Made by a program: the position numbers and the translations under genes. The notes under the pieces are model-generated. The model saw nothing but the letters and a program-made list of their open reading frames with translations, was not told the origin of the DNA and made no database searches. A DNA stretch of 64,000 nt from Gemmatimonadota bacterium (GTDB lineage Bacteria > Gemmatimonadota > Gemmatimonadetes > Gemmatimonadales > GWC2-71-9), in contig JAZDCZ010000247.1 of assembly GCA_036679605.1 (NCBI GenBank), forward strand, positions 1-64,000, given 5' to 3'. Below are positions 19,135 through 29,021 of the stretch, piece after piece; the stretch's first letter is position 1; each line of letters starts with the position of its first letter.

Positions 19135-20730
19135 TCATTTCTTGTTCTTGAAATCTCGCAAGACTTCACGTGCCGCGTTGTACCCAGGTGCTCCGGTGAC
19201 ACCGCCACCAGGGTGAACCCCTGCGCCGCAGAGGTAAAGCCCACAGATGGGAGTCCGGTAAGCGGACCACCCTGAGACCGGTCTCATGAAGAAGAGCTGG
19301 TCAAGTGTGAGTTCTCCATGGTAGATGTTCCCCTCGGTGAGTCCGAAGACGGTCTCCAGGTCGGCGGGCGTGTACACCTCACGGTGTAGGACGGCCGCTG
19401 GAAGGTTTGGAGCGTACTGTGCCAGAGTGTCGATGGCGAGGTTGCCCAGCTCGTTCCGCTTGGCGTCGTTCCACTCTCCGTCCCGCAATTGGTAGGGCGC
19501 GTATTGCATGAAGATTGTCATCACGTGCATACCCTCGGGTGCCAGCCCCGGGTCCGTGAGAGATGGAATCGAGACCTCGAGGTAAGGTTCCCGGGAGATC
19601 CTGCCGTACTTCGCATCGTCGTATGCCCGTTCGAGGTAGGTGAGACTCGGACTCACCGAGATCAGTCCGTTAAGATGCGGTCCGGATCCGGGCAGGCATG
19701 AAAAGTTGGGTAGCTCGCCCAGTGCTATGTGCACTTTGGCGCATGCACCCTTGTATCTAATGCTGCGCACCTTGCCGAGGAATGTCGGGTCGAGGTGTGC
19801 TGCATCCATCAGGCCGAGCAACGTTCGCTTGGGATCAGCGTTCGAGATGACGCGTTGGGCCTTGATGAGGTCGCCGCCGGCGAGCGTCACGCCGACAACA
19901 TGCCCGTTCTCAACGACGATTTCCTCTACCTCTCGCCCCGTCATGACTTCCGCACCGTGCTGTGTCGCGATCCGGGCCAATGTGGCGGTCAACTCTCCCA
20001 CGCCCCCAACCACCAGTTGTGATCCTCGAATCACACCATCGCCGCTCCACACCTGGTGATGTAACATGACGAAGGCTGTACCGGCGGCCATGGGTCCTTG
20101 AAACACACCGGTAATGCCGCTCGCCCCCAACACACCCTTCAGGACATCGGTTTCAAACCACTCGTCGAGGAGATCGGCTATCGACATCGGCAATATTCGC
20201 ATTGCCTCTGTCATCTCGCGTCTTCCAAGCCGACGCAGGCCGCGACCCAGCTTGAGCATTTTCAAGAGATCGCTCGGCCCGGGTTCAGGAAGTCGTGGTG
20301 GGGTGGTCGAGTACACCTCCTGCAAGAACTTGGCGATTCCTGCGATACGTGAATTGAAGTCGGGCCACCGGGCCGCGTCGGCACGGGAGAAGTTGCGGAT
20401 TTGGTTGATGGTGGCTTCCGAGTCACGCCACAAGAGGAGGTGGCGGTCGTCTTTCAATGGAGCGAAGACCACTGGGTCTGTCGGCACCAAGCGGACTCCG
20501 TTTTGCTCCAGGCCCAAATCTTTAGTCACTGTCGGGTGGAACCCACCAATGCGATGCGCCCCCGCATCGACCTTGAACCCCGGGTGGAACTCCTGAGTGA
20601 CTGCTGCTCCGCCGACTACGTCTCGCCGTTCGAGAACAATCACACGCTTTCCGGCTCGCGCCAGGTACGCCGCGGTCACTAGTCCGTTGTGCCCGGCACC
20701 GATCACTACTGCGTCGTATTGCTGGGTCAC
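19135..20730 (-). CDS. Phytoene-dehydrogenase-superfamily (PYROXD2-like) FAD oxidoreductase B
   Basis: 'GAGHNGLV.A.YLA', 'GNIYHGEL', 'LCGAGVHPGGGVTGAPG'; GTGA overlap. Confidence 0.9.
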   Translation of the reverse strand: MTQQYDAVVIGAGHNGLVTAAYLARAGKRVIVLERRDVVGGAAVTQEFHPGFKVDAGAHRIGGFHPTVTKDLGLEQNGVRLVPTDPVVFAPLKDDRHLLLWRDSEATINQIRNFSRADAARWPDFNSRIAGIAKFLQEVYSTTPPRLPEPGPSDLLKMLKLGRGLRRLGRREMTEAMRILPMSIADLLDEWFETDVLKGVLGASGITGVFQGPMAAGTAFVMLHHQVWSGDGVIRGSQLVVGGVGELTATLARIATQHGAEVMTGREVEEIVVENGHVVGVTLAGGDLIKAQRVISNADPKRTLLGLMDAAHLDPTFLGKVRSIRYKGACAKVHIALGELPNFSCLPGSGPHLNGLISVSPSLTYLERAYDDAKYGRISREPYLEVSIPSLTDPGLAPEGMHVMTIFMQYAPYQLRDGEWNDAKRNELGNLAIDTLAQYAPNLPAAVLHREVYTPADLETVFGLTEGNIYHGELTLDQLFFMRPVSGWSAYRTPICGLYLCGAGVHPGGGVTGAPGYNAAREVLRDFKNKK

Positions 20731-22313
20731 TTTGCTTCTCGGAGTATGCGCATGGCCGCCAATCGACCAGGCGCTCCCATGATCCCGCCGCCTGGATGGG
20801 TGCCCGATCCGCACTGATAGAAATTATCGAGCGGCGTGGTGAATTGTGCCCAAGGCGCTGCCGGTCTCAGAAAGAACAGCTGATGCAGCGAGAGTTCGCC
20901 GTGGAAGATGTTTCCCTCGGTGAGGCCGAAGACATTCTCGAGATCCCAAGGCGTCAAAACCTGTCGGTCGATGATGGCTCGTTTTATGTTCGGCGCGTAC
21001 TGAGCCAGCGTGTCGATGACGGTATCACCGAAGTCCTCACGCCGTGCATCGTTCCATCCGCCGTTCAAGCCGTAAGGTGCGTACTGAACGAAGATCGACA
21101 TGACATGTTTTCCCGGCGGCGCCATCGTCGGATCGATCATGGAAGGTATGATGATGTCCATGAAAGGGCGCCGAGAGAATTCTCCATACTTGGCGTCGTC
21201 GTACGCGTGTTCTAGGTACTCGATTGTGGGGCTAATCGACACGGCTCCGCGAAGGTGAGGTCCGGCTCCCGGAAGGCAGCTGAAATCAGGCAATTCACTC
21301 AAGGCCAAATTCACTTTGCCCGACGATCCGCGGATGTTGTAACGTTGAATGGATGCCACGAACTCGCTGGGCAAGTGTGCGGTGTCGATGAGCTTTAGAA
21401 ACGTGCGCTTCGGATCCAGTGCAGAGACCACCGTTTTGGCACGAATCTCTTCACCGTCAGCTAGATGCACTCCCACGGCCCTGCCATGCTTGACGATCAC
21501 CTCTGCGACATCTGCGTTGGTACGGATCTCTGCGCCGAAGCCCCGTGCCGCACCTGCTATCGCCTCGCTTACTGCGCCCGTCCCTCCCTTCGCAAAACCC
21601 CATGCTCGGGCCGCACCGTCGATCTCTCCGATATAGTGATGCAAGAGTACGTAGGCCGTGCCGGGGGACCGTGGGCCGAGGAATGTGCCTATGATACCGC
21701 TGGCCGACATGGTGGCTTTGAGCGCCTCGGTTTCAAACCACTCGTCGAGAAAATCAGCCGAACTCATTGTCATCAGCTTGTAGAGAGCGGAAAACCTCTC
21801 CTCACCCAAGTCCCGGAAATGCTTACCGAGTTTCAGCATACCCTTCAGCTCACGCGGACTGAGGGAGGTCGGATCGGGCGGTACCATCGACAGGAGCGGC
21901 TTGACTGCCAGGGCCAATTGATGCATGAGGTGGCCGAACCGGTCGTATGCCTCGGCATCCCGCGGTGAGTGTCGATAGAGTTCGCTCCGAGTCCGATCGT
22001 GATCGGCCCAGCGCACCAAGTGATCTCCGTTCGGCAGTGGAGTGAGCGTGCTTTCCAGTGGAAGAGTCTCTAGCCCGTGGCGGGCGAGTCCAAGTTCACG
22101 GATGATCTCCGGTCTCAGCAAGCTCACGACGTACGAGCACACCGAGAACTTGAACCCCGGAAAAATTTCCTCGGTTACAGCTGCTCCGCCGACTAACTCT
22201 CGGCGCTCTAACACCAAGACCCGTTTACCCCCTCTGGCGAGGTAGGCGGCGTTGATCAGCCCGTTATGACCACCCCCGATCACCACGGCATCGTAGCTGC
22301 GTCCGCTCGTCAC
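20727..22313 (-). CDS. Phytoene-dehydrogenase-superfamily (PYROXD2-like) FAD oxidoreductase A
   Basis: 'GGGHNGL', 'PGFKFSVCSYVVSLLRP', 'GSGTHPGGGIMGAPG'. Confidence 0.9.
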   Translation of the reverse strand: MTSGRSYDAVVIGGGHNGLINAAYLARGGKRVLVLERRELVGGAAVTEEIFPGFKFSVCSYVVSLLRPEIIRELGLARHGLETLPLESTLTPLPNGDHLVRWADHDRTRSELYRHSPRDAEAYDRFGHLMHQLALAVKPLLSMVPPDPTSLSPRELKGMLKLGKHFRDLGEERFSALYKLMTMSSADFLDEWFETEALKATMSASGIIGTFLGPRSPGTAYVLLHHYIGEIDGAARAWGFAKGGTGAVSEAIAGAARGFGAEIRTNADVAEVIVKHGRAVGVHLADGEEIRAKTVVSALDPKRTFLKLIDTAHLPSEFVASIQRYNIRGSSGKVNLALSELPDFSCLPGAGPHLRGAVSISPTIEYLEHAYDDAKYGEFSRRPFMDIIIPSMIDPTMAPPGKHVMSIFVQYAPYGLNGGWNDARREDFGDTVIDTLAQYAPNIKRAIIDRQVLTPWDLENVFGLTEGNIFHGELSLHQLFFLRPAAPWAQFTTPLDNFYQCGSGTHPGGGIMGAPGRLAAMRILREAK

Positions 22314-22314
22314 G

Positions 22315-23520
22315 TTAGGCACGCTTTCTCGGGGGATTGAAGAAAGGGGTTTCAACGATTGTCGCGACGGCCTGCTTGCGTCGATGCTCAACCGTGATCT
22401 CCATCCGGACCTCTCGTCCTACATCGGCATGTAGGGCTTCGATATGGGCCAGCGCGATGTATTGCTTCAAGATCGGTGACCAGCATCCGCTGGTTGCGTA
22501 ACCGATTTGCTTTCCATCCGAGTAGACCGGAACGCTCGTGCGCCAGGCGGTTGTTGGAAGCTGCACAGGTAGCCCGACTTCGTCGTATAGCTCTTCGAGG
22601 GATTCCCAATGGACATCGAGGCCCCGGAGTTGCCATTTCGGTGTGCGATTGTTTTCGGCCAACAGAGCCTGGTGTCCAACGAAACCATTGCTCTTGAGTT
22701 TCACAGTCCAGCCGAGTCCCAACTCGTACGGCGACGATTTCTGCCCTTCGATCATTGCCCTGTGAGCCGAGACGTAGTCTACGTCGATTAGCAGCAAGCC
22801 GGCCTCTATCCGTGCGATATCGAGCGCCAACATTCCGGCCGGTGTAATGCCGTACGAGTCACCCGTTTCCATCAAGGCATCCCACACCAATCCTGCATGC
22901 TCCGCCGGAATCCAGATCTCATAGCCCAGATCTCCGGTGTAGCCCGTGCGCGAGATGGTCACAGGGATGTCCCGGACCACTGCCGGGGTCAGGTGGAAGA
23001 ACTCGAGTGAGTCCAAGTCGGCATCCGTTGATTGTTTCAGTATATCGCGTGCGGCTGGTCCCTGGAGCGCCAGGGCTGCCGTAGTGGCGGAAACATCGTC
23101 GATCGTTACATCGAGTCCCGTGGAGTTGTCCTGGAGCCACATGAGAGTGGGATCGGCTGCGGTGAGACGAAATGTGGTCTCGTCGAGTCGCGACAATGTG
23201 CCGTCGTCGATAACCTTGCCGGCCTCGTCGCACCACGGCGTGTACATCACCTGATTGACCGCGCAGCGTGACACATCTCTAGTGACGACTCGATTCAGCA
23301 GCGCAATCGCGCCGCGCCCACGGATCAAATACTTGAACAGCGGTGAGATATCTATGAGGCCGGCGGCACTGCGGATGGAGTGGTACTCGCGCTCGTGGCC
23401 GAGTTCGTACGAACTGGCTGCCAAGTACCCCGCCCAGCGACGCCAGTTCTGTGCCTGGCAGAGTGCACTGGTTCTGGCGTGCAGGGGTGTGCCCTTGAGC
23501 ATCCATCGTGCGCGAGTCAT
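22315..23520 (-). CDS. GcvT-family aminomethyltransferase / THF-dependent demethylase
   Basis: 'GKVIDDG', 'ISRTGYTGDLGYEIW', 'ARIEAG', 'PFFNP'. Confidence 0.88.
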   Translation of the reverse strand: MTRARWMLKGTPLHARTSALCQAQNWRRWAGYLAASSYELGHEREYHSIRSAAGLIDISPLFKYLIRGRGAIALLNRVVTRDVSRCAVNQVMYTPWCDEAGKVIDDGTLSRLDETTFRLTAADPTLMWLQDNSTGLDVTIDDVSATTAALALQGPAARDILKQSTDADLDSLEFFHLTPAVVRDIPVTISRTGYTGDLGYEIWIPAEHAGLVWDALMETGDSYGITPAGMLALDIARIEAGLLLIDVDYVSAHRAMIEGQKSSPYELGLGWTVKLKSNGFVGHQALLAENNRTPKWQLRGLDVHWESLEELYDEVGLPVQLPTTAWRTSVPVYSDGKQIGYATSGCWSPILKQYIALAHIEALHADVGREVRMEITVEHRRKQAVATIVETPFFNPPRKRA

Positions 23521-23601
23521 TAGGTTCTGGTGTTGAATTCTCTCAAGGACAGTGTGTTGGGGGTTGGTGGCCTGGCCGTCGCTCCCAGCGTGTTTGTATC
23601 G

Positions 23602-23741
23602 TAATGAGTAGGGTACAGCAAGACCAGCGGGTTCCGGGTTCCCGAAGGCAAGGCTAGGCCAACGGCAGACGACGTTCGCGGAAGAATCTAGGCAACCCGA
23701 ACTCGCTGCGGTCCCCTTCTGGAGCTGATACCTGCTCGTTA
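23602..23741 (+). ncRNA. Candidate structured RNA (long nested hairpin), family unknown
   Basis: 23602-23619 pairs with 23724-23741 and 23622-23640 pairs with 23694-23713; non-WC pairs are G-U on the + strand. Confidence 0.4.
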
Positions 23742-23751
23742 GGTTGCCTCA

Positions 23752-25020
23752 ATGTCCAGCACCACAGTTAGGCGCAGACGGATGAGGAGTCATGCCGTCA
23801 TGACCATTGCGGTCGTCCTACTCGTTTCACTCACGTTCTTGAGCGCGGGGAAGCAAGGTCGGCAGCTCGACCCCACTGTCATTCTTATCAGCCTGGACGG
23901 ATTTCGCTGGGACTTCCTGGGGCGAGCGGAAACTCCCAACCTCGACCGTCTCGTGGAGCGGGGCGTGCGCGCCGAACGTTTGGTTCCCGTGTTCCCTTCG
24001 CTCACTTTTCCCAATCACTACAGTATGGTCACCGGCCTGCACCCGGAAAATCATGGGATTGTGTCCAACACTATGTACGATCCCGTTTTGGACGCGCGTT
24101 TCCGCATCGGCGATCGGGATGCTGTAACTGACGGAAGGTGGTGGGGTGGAGAGCCGCTCTGGGTCACCGCGCAGAAACAAGGCCAGATCGCGGCGTCGTT
24201 TTTTTGGCCCGGGTCCGAAGCCGCTATCCAGGGCATCCGCCCCAACTTCTGGAAGCGTTTCGACTCGCGTATACCGCACCGCGCCCGCGTCGCGCAGGTC
24301 ATGGAGTGGCTCGATCTAGCAGAGCGAGAGCGACCGACATTCATAACCCTGTACTTCAGCGATGTAGACCACGAGGCGCACGATAACGACCCTGACACCG
24401 CGCCTGAAGTGGATGCGGCTATAGCGCGCGTCGATTCTGCGATTGGGTTCCTACTCGCGGGTTTGGATGAGCGCGGGATCACCGATCAGGTGAACATCAT
24501 AGTTGTCTCCGATCATGGCATGGCCGGGAGGTCGCCCGATCGAGTAATCTTGGTCGATGACTACATCAACATAGGGGATGCCAATGTCATTGACTGGACT
24601 CCCAACATCGCTCTCCGGCCTGACGAGAACCATGTAGACGAGATCTACCGAGCACTGAAGGGTGCCAGCCCTCACCTCAAGGTCTACCGCAGGGAGGAGA
24701 TCCCCGAGCGGTTCCATTACCGCGATAATCCACGCATTACCCCGATCCTGGGTATTGCGGATGAGGGATGGTCGATCAGCTCACATGGGTATTACGATTC
24801 CCGTCCCGACCGGTTTGAAGGCGGCACGCATGGTTGGGATAACCAAGCTCTTTCCATGGGCGGGCTGTTCGTTGCTTCGGGCCCTGCGTTTCGCAATGGC
24901 CTAGTCGTCTCGCCGTTTCAGAACATCCACATCTACGAGCTGATTTGCCATGTGTTGGGTTTGGAGCCAGCACCCAATGACGGGAGCATTGATTCTATTC
25001 GGGTAATGTTGCGTCGGTGA
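23752..25020 (+). CDS. Ectonucleotide pyrophosphatase/phosphodiesterase (NPP, alkaline phosphatase superfamily)
   Basis: 'LISLDGFRWD', 'FPSLTFPNHYSMVTG', 'VVSDHGM', 'GTHGWD'. True start may be 23782 or 23800. Confidence 0.92.
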   Translation: MSSTTVRRRRMRSHAVMTIAVVLLVSLTFLSAGKQGRQLDPTVILISLDGFRWDFLGRAETPNLDRLVERGVRAERLVPVFPSLTFPNHYSMVTGLHPENHGIVSNTMYDPVLDARFRIGDRDAVTDGRWWGGEPLWVTAQKQGQIAASFFWPGSEAAIQGIRPNFWKRFDSRIPHRARVAQVMEWLDLAERERPTFITLYFSDVDHEAHDNDPDTAPEVDAAIARVDSAIGFLLAGLDERGITDQVNIIVVSDHGMAGRSPDRVILVDDYINIGDANVIDWTPNIALRPDENHVDEIYRALKGASPHLKVYRREEIPERFHYRDNPRITPILGIADEGWSISSHGYYDSRPDRFEGGTHGWDNQALSMGGLFVASGPAFRNGLVVSPFQNIHIYELICHVLGLEPAPNDGSIDSIRVMLRR

Positions 25021-26342
25021 CCGACGGCACTCCGCCACGCCAGCTGTTTACGTCCCGCTGGGGTGTCATGATGTCGTTTATCGGTGTGGCGGTGGGGTTG
25101 GGGAATGTGTGGCGGTTCCCGTACATGGTGAGCGCCTTTGGTGGCGGAGCGTTTCTGATCGTCTACCTCCTGTTCCTTGCCGCGTTCGGGATCCCTGCGA
25201 TATTGGCGGAATTGACGTTGGGGCGGATGACAGGGCGAAGCACAGTGGGGGCGTTCAAGCAAGTCGGCATGCCGGGGGGCCGTCTTGTCGGATGGTTGCT
25301 GTTCATCACGGTATTGATGGCCACCTCCTATTACACCGTTATCGTTGGCTGGGTGCTCAAGTACCTGGTCATATCGCTTACCGGCCAAGTCATGTCCATC
25401 TCCCCAGAATCTTTCTTCGACAGCGTCTTGGGGGGCTTTGCAGGTCAGTTTCTGATGACGGCGATCGTAGTGGGTCTAGCGGGGATCGTCTTGATGCTCG
25501 GCATCAAGCGGGGAGTGGAGCGCATTAGCACGATCGGTATGCCGCTTCTGTTCGTTTTGCTGCTCGTCTTGATCGGGCGGTCGGTGACGTTGCCTGGTGC
25601 GGCTGAGGGTTTGCGGTACTATTTGGTTCCCGATTTCTCTAAGATCAATTCAGGAGTGCTGACCGCCGCTTTGGGTCAGGTGTTCTTCTCTTTGAGCTTG
25701 GGCGGAACATTCCTGCTCACTTATTCCAGCTACTTGCCGAGGGACGTCAACCTAAAGCGCACTGCGATCACTGTCGGAGTTGGCGAGACCTTGGCGGCGG
25801 TGCTGGCCGGCTTCGTTATCGTTCCTGCCGCCGTAGCCTTCGGGCTCGAACTGAGTAGTGGACCGCCACTCACATTCGTAACGGCGCCTGCGATTTTCGC
25901 ACTAATGCCGGGGGGGGCTTTGTTCGCGGCTTCCTTCTTCGGCCTGCTCTTCTTCGCCGCCTTCCTGTCGGACGTTGCCGCCCTGGAGGTCTTGGTCGCC
26001 GCCGCGACCGACGAACTGCACGTTCCAAGGCCTCGGGCCATAGTGATTTTCTGCATACTTACGCTCGCTCTCGGTAGCGTGGGAATGGTGAGTCTCGATT
26101 ACATCCTTAAGAGTGACCTCGTTTGGGGCTCTATCATGCAGCCTGTGGGCAGTGCACTGGCCCTCATAGCGCTCGCATGGGTGGTAGGGCAGGGTCGGGC
26201 GCTCGAGGCGGCAAACGAGGGCAACGACGGATCGCCGGTCGGCGGGGTCTGGCTGTTCTGGATCAAGTGGGTGATCCCTGCTGGGATCGCGGTTATTCTT
26301 GCCCTCGGCGTCCGAGATCTATTTGGCACATTTCTGCGGTGA
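25017..26342 (+). CDS. Sodium-dependent transporter (NSS/SNF family)
   Basis: 'GVAVGLGNVWRFPY...GGGAF', 'ALGQVFFSLSLG'. Confidence 0.93.
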   Translation: MTDGTPPRQLFTSRWGVMMSFIGVAVGLGNVWRFPYMVSAFGGGAFLIVYLLFLAAFGIPAILAELTLGRMTGRSTVGAFKQVGMPGGRLVGWLLFITVLMATSYYTVIVGWVLKYLVISLTGQVMSISPESFFDSVLGGFAGQFLMTAIVVGLAGIVLMLGIKRGVERISTIGMPLLFVLLLVLIGRSVTLPGAAEGLRYYLVPDFSKINSGVLTAALGQVFFSLSLGGTFLLTYSSYLPRDVNLKRTAITVGVGETLAAVLAGFVIVPAAVAFGLELSSGPPLTFVTAPAIFALMPGGALFAASFFGLLFFAAFLSDVAALEVLVAAATDELHVPRPRAIVIFCILTLALGSVGMVSLDYILKSDLVWGSIMQPVGSALALIALAWVVGQGRALEAANEGNDGSPVGGVWLFWIKWVIPAGIAVILALGVRDLFGTFLR

Positions 26343-26362
26343 CAACAGGATATTGAACCGAC

Positions 26363-27007
26363 TCATTCCCCCCTCACGATCGCCCGTACCTTGGTGAGAA
26401 GCATATCCACTGCCACCCGGTTGCGAGCCCCTCCCGGAATAATCAGATCTGCGTACCGCTTGCTGGGCTCCACGAAATCAAGGTGCATTGGTCGCACGGT
26501 CTTCATATACTGCTCGACCACCGATTCTAGTGTGCGTCCGCGCTTGGAAGTGTCGCGGCCAAGACGGCGAATGATGCGGAGATCGGCGTCCACATCAACG
26601 AATACCTTGATGTCCATGAGATCTCGGAGGGCACGGTCGGCCAGAATGAGAATCCCCTCTATGATCACTGCCTTGCCGGGCTCCACTGCCACCGTTTCCC
26701 CGGTCCGAGAGTGGTTTGTGAAGTCGTAGACCGGCACGTGGATCGTCTTGCAGGCGATCAAGTTGGCGAGATCCTCTACCAATAGCGCAGTCTCGAGCGA
26801 GTCGGGGTGATCGTAGTTGATGCTCACCCTCTCATGTGGCGGCACATCACTGCGGTCGTAGTAGTACGAATCATGTTCGATTACGCTAACGTGGTCGGGC
26901 TCCAGTCCGCGCACGATCTCACGCACCACGGTTGTCTTGCCTGATCCCGACCCTCCGGCAACGCCTATGATTATCGGACGAATTTTTGACCCTGGCTGTT
27001 GGGGCAC
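26363..27007 (-). CDS. udk: Uridine kinase
   Basis: 'IIGVAGGSGSGKTT', 'NYDHPDS', 'EGILIL', 'VRPMH.DFVEPSKRYAD'. Confidence 0.95.
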   Translation of the reverse strand: MPQQPGSKIRPIIIGVAGGSGSGKTTVVREIVRGLEPDHVSVIEHDSYYYDRSDVPPHERVSINYDHPDSLETALLVEDLANLIACKTIHVPVYDFTNHSRTGETVAVEPGKAVIIEGILILADRALRDLMDIKVFVDVDADLRIIRRLGRDTSKRGRTLESVVEQYMKTVRPMHLDFVEPSKRYADLIIPGGARNRVAVDMLLTKVRAIVRGE

Positions 27008-27131
27008 AAGAATTTCCTTAGGCCGGCAATGTGAAGGTTGCTGTCCGCGCAATACCTCTCATAACCTCTGTCTATGATACAGGTTGCCGATGTCGGGCGA
27101 AACCGCGAGAAGATTGGGTCTGGGCGACGGC

Positions 27132-27174
27132 AAAAAAGACGAAGGGCTCCGATACCTGCTTTCGGAGCCCTTTC
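27132..27174 (-). terminator. Rho-independent terminator of the ferredoxin gene
   Basis: AAGGGCTCCGA/TCGGAGCCCTT stem, followed on the - strand by GTCTTTTTT. Confidence 0.75.
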
Positions 27175-27202
27175 GAAAAGAACGCGGGGCGTAGTGCCAG
27201 TG

Positions 27203-27472
27203 TTATGTCCGACCCTGTGCTACCTCCCTTTCTTCTCCGCCGGCGAAGTAATCATAATTCTTCTTGGTGTAGGCGTCCCACTCCGGTGGCACATCCTCTT
27301 CTGCGAAAATCGCGGTAACCGGACATTCCGGTTCACATGCGCCACAGTCGATGCATTCGTCCGGGTGAATGTAGAGCATGTCCGGACCTTCGTAGATGCA
27401 GTCTACCGGGCACACATCCACACATCCTCTATCTTTCACGTCAACGCAAGGCTCTGCGATAATGTAGGTCAT
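27203..27472 (-). CDS. fdxA: Dicluster (7Fe-type) ferredoxin
   Basis: [26 protein letters not shown]...[13 protein letters not shown]. Confidence 0.93.
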   Translation of the reverse strand: MTYIIAEPCVDVKDRGCVDVCPVDCIYEGPDMLYIHPDECIDCGACEPECPVTAIFAEEDVPPEWDAYTKKNYDYFAGGEEREVAQGRT

Positions 27473-27582
27473 AATCTCTCCGTGTGGCGGCGTTGGGTTG
27501 CCGTAGTGCGCAATGTTGCCATGCTGGTGCGACCTGTCAAGTTGCCGGTTGCCCATGGGTATGCCGTGGGTAAACTTGAGGT

Positions 27583-28497
27583 ATGCGGATAGCCTCACTC
27601 CTGGCCAGCGGGACCGAGATCACGTGCGCTCTGGGCCTGGGAGACGATCTGGTGGGAATCTCGCACGAGTGCGACTATCCACCGGAGATCCTCAATAGGC
27701 CGTGCCTGAGTGCGCCGCGATTCGACTCGACGGGGCTTTCGAGTGGTGAGATCGACGAGGCGATACGGGCCGCCGCAGCTGAGGGCGAAGTCTACCGACT
27801 CGACGTCGGACGGCTAGCTGAACTCGAGCCCGATCTGATCATCGCGCAGGCGGTCTGCGAAGTCTGTGCGGTACCTACTAGCCTGGCCGAGCAGGCTGCC
27901 GCGACATTGGACGGACGAACCGAAGTGCTGTCGCTGGATTCCCACTCGATTGACGGCATTTTGGGTAGTATCCTTGCGGTTGGCAAGGCCGCCGGAGTGC
28001 CACACAGGGCTGATGATCTGGTGGCTGATCTCAGGGGCCGCATATCTGCAGTGGCTAGTCGGGTGTCGGATAGGTCCCGGATTCGCGTACTTGGGATCGA
28101 GTGGCTGGAACCGCCTTTCGTCCCGGGGCACTGGGTACCCGAGATGATAGAAGCGGCTGGAGGCCACTGTCTGCTAGGTGCTCCGGGGAAGCCGTCTCGG
28201 TCTTTGCCTTGGGACGAGCTGAGTGGACACGACCCAGACCTACTGGCCATCATGCCATGCGGTTACGGACTCGAACGCTCACGAGCGGAGGCAGACCAGC
28301 ATTCCGGCAGTCTGTTAAGCGTGGCCGGTCGGGCGATCGAGAACGGGCGAGCATTTGTCGTGGACGGCTCGGCATATTTCAATCGTTCAGGTCCTCGGAT
28401 GGTTGATGGGGTTGAAATTTTGGGTGCTTTGTTGCATCCGGAGTGCTTTCCTGGCGCAGACCTGGAGGGCAAAGCGTCCCGGTGGTATCCGGGTTAG
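27583..28497 (+). CDS. BtuF/cobalamin-type binding-protein family member (no signal peptide)
   Basis: 'MRIASLL.SGTEI..ALG...[11 protein letters not shown]', 'QAVCEVCAV', 'YFNRSGPR'. Confidence 0.8.
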   Translation: MRIASLLASGTEITCALGLGDDLVGISHECDYPPEILNRPCLSAPRFDSTGLSSGEIDEAIRAAAAEGEVYRLDVGRLAELEPDLIIAQAVCEVCAVPTSLAEQAAATLDGRTEVLSLDSHSIDGILGSILAVGKAAGVPHRADDLVADLRGRISAVASRVSDRSRIRVLGIEWLEPPFVPGHWVPEMIEAAGGHCLLGAPGKPSRSLPWDELSGHDPDLLAIMPCGYGLERSRAEADQHSGSLLSVAGRAIENGRAFVVDGSAYFNRSGPRMVDGVEILGALLHPECFPGADLEGKASRWYPG

Positions 28498-28553
28498 GCT
28501 AAGGAGCCGGTGGTTCCGCCGGCTTAGAGATAGATTCTTGGAAGGAGCGAGCT

Positions 28554-29000
28554 ATGGAGATGAATACGTTTCGATATGATCCTGTGATGGTGCAGCCAAT
28601 GCGGGAAGAGCTTACATCGGCCGGGTTTGAAGAGCTACTTACGCCAGAGGCGGTTGACCAAGTGTTCTCAGCAGAGGAGGGGACATTGTTGGTTATGGTG
28701 AATTCTGTGTGCGGCTGCGCTGCCGGGTCCGCGCGTCCTGGAGTGAGGCTTGCGTTGGAGGGTGGCGCCAGACCTGACAAATTGACCACGGTCTTTGCCG
28801 GCATGGAAATGGCCGCCGTCGACAAGGCGCGAGAATACTTTGTGGGTTACCCACCTTCGTCGCCCCAGATAGCCCTGTTCAAGGGCGGGCAGGTGGTGCA
28901 CATGATGGAGCGGCAGGACATAGAAGGACTGCCTCCGCAGGCGATCGCCGACAACTTGAAGAATGCGTTTGCGAAACACTGCGAACCCGAGGGAGACTGA
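28554..29000 (+). CDS. BrxA/BrxB-family bacilliredoxin (YphP/YqiW)
   Basis: 'VNSVCGCAAG.ARP', 'TVFAG', 'PPSSP.IALFK'. Confidence 0.92.
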   Translation: MEMNTFRYDPVMVQPMREELTSAGFEELLTPEAVDQVFSAEEGTLLVMVNSVCGCAAGSARPGVRLALEGGARPDKLTTVFAGMEMAAVDKAREYFVGYPPSSPQIALFKGGQVVHMMERQDIEGLPPQAIADNLKNAFAKHCEPEGD

Positions 29001-29021
29001 TGTCGACCGGCCGGTAATGGC

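Noticed and set aside
19135..22313. Carotenoid biosynthesis (crtI)
   Set aside because: Motifs fit the PYROXD2-like branch and no other crt genes are present.
23521..23751. Glycine riboswitch or SRP RNA upstream of the gcvT-like gene
   Set aside because: No recognisable glycine aptamer core or SRP CAGG-GNRA-AGCAG motif, and the G-U pairs favour the strand opposite to the gcvT-like gene.
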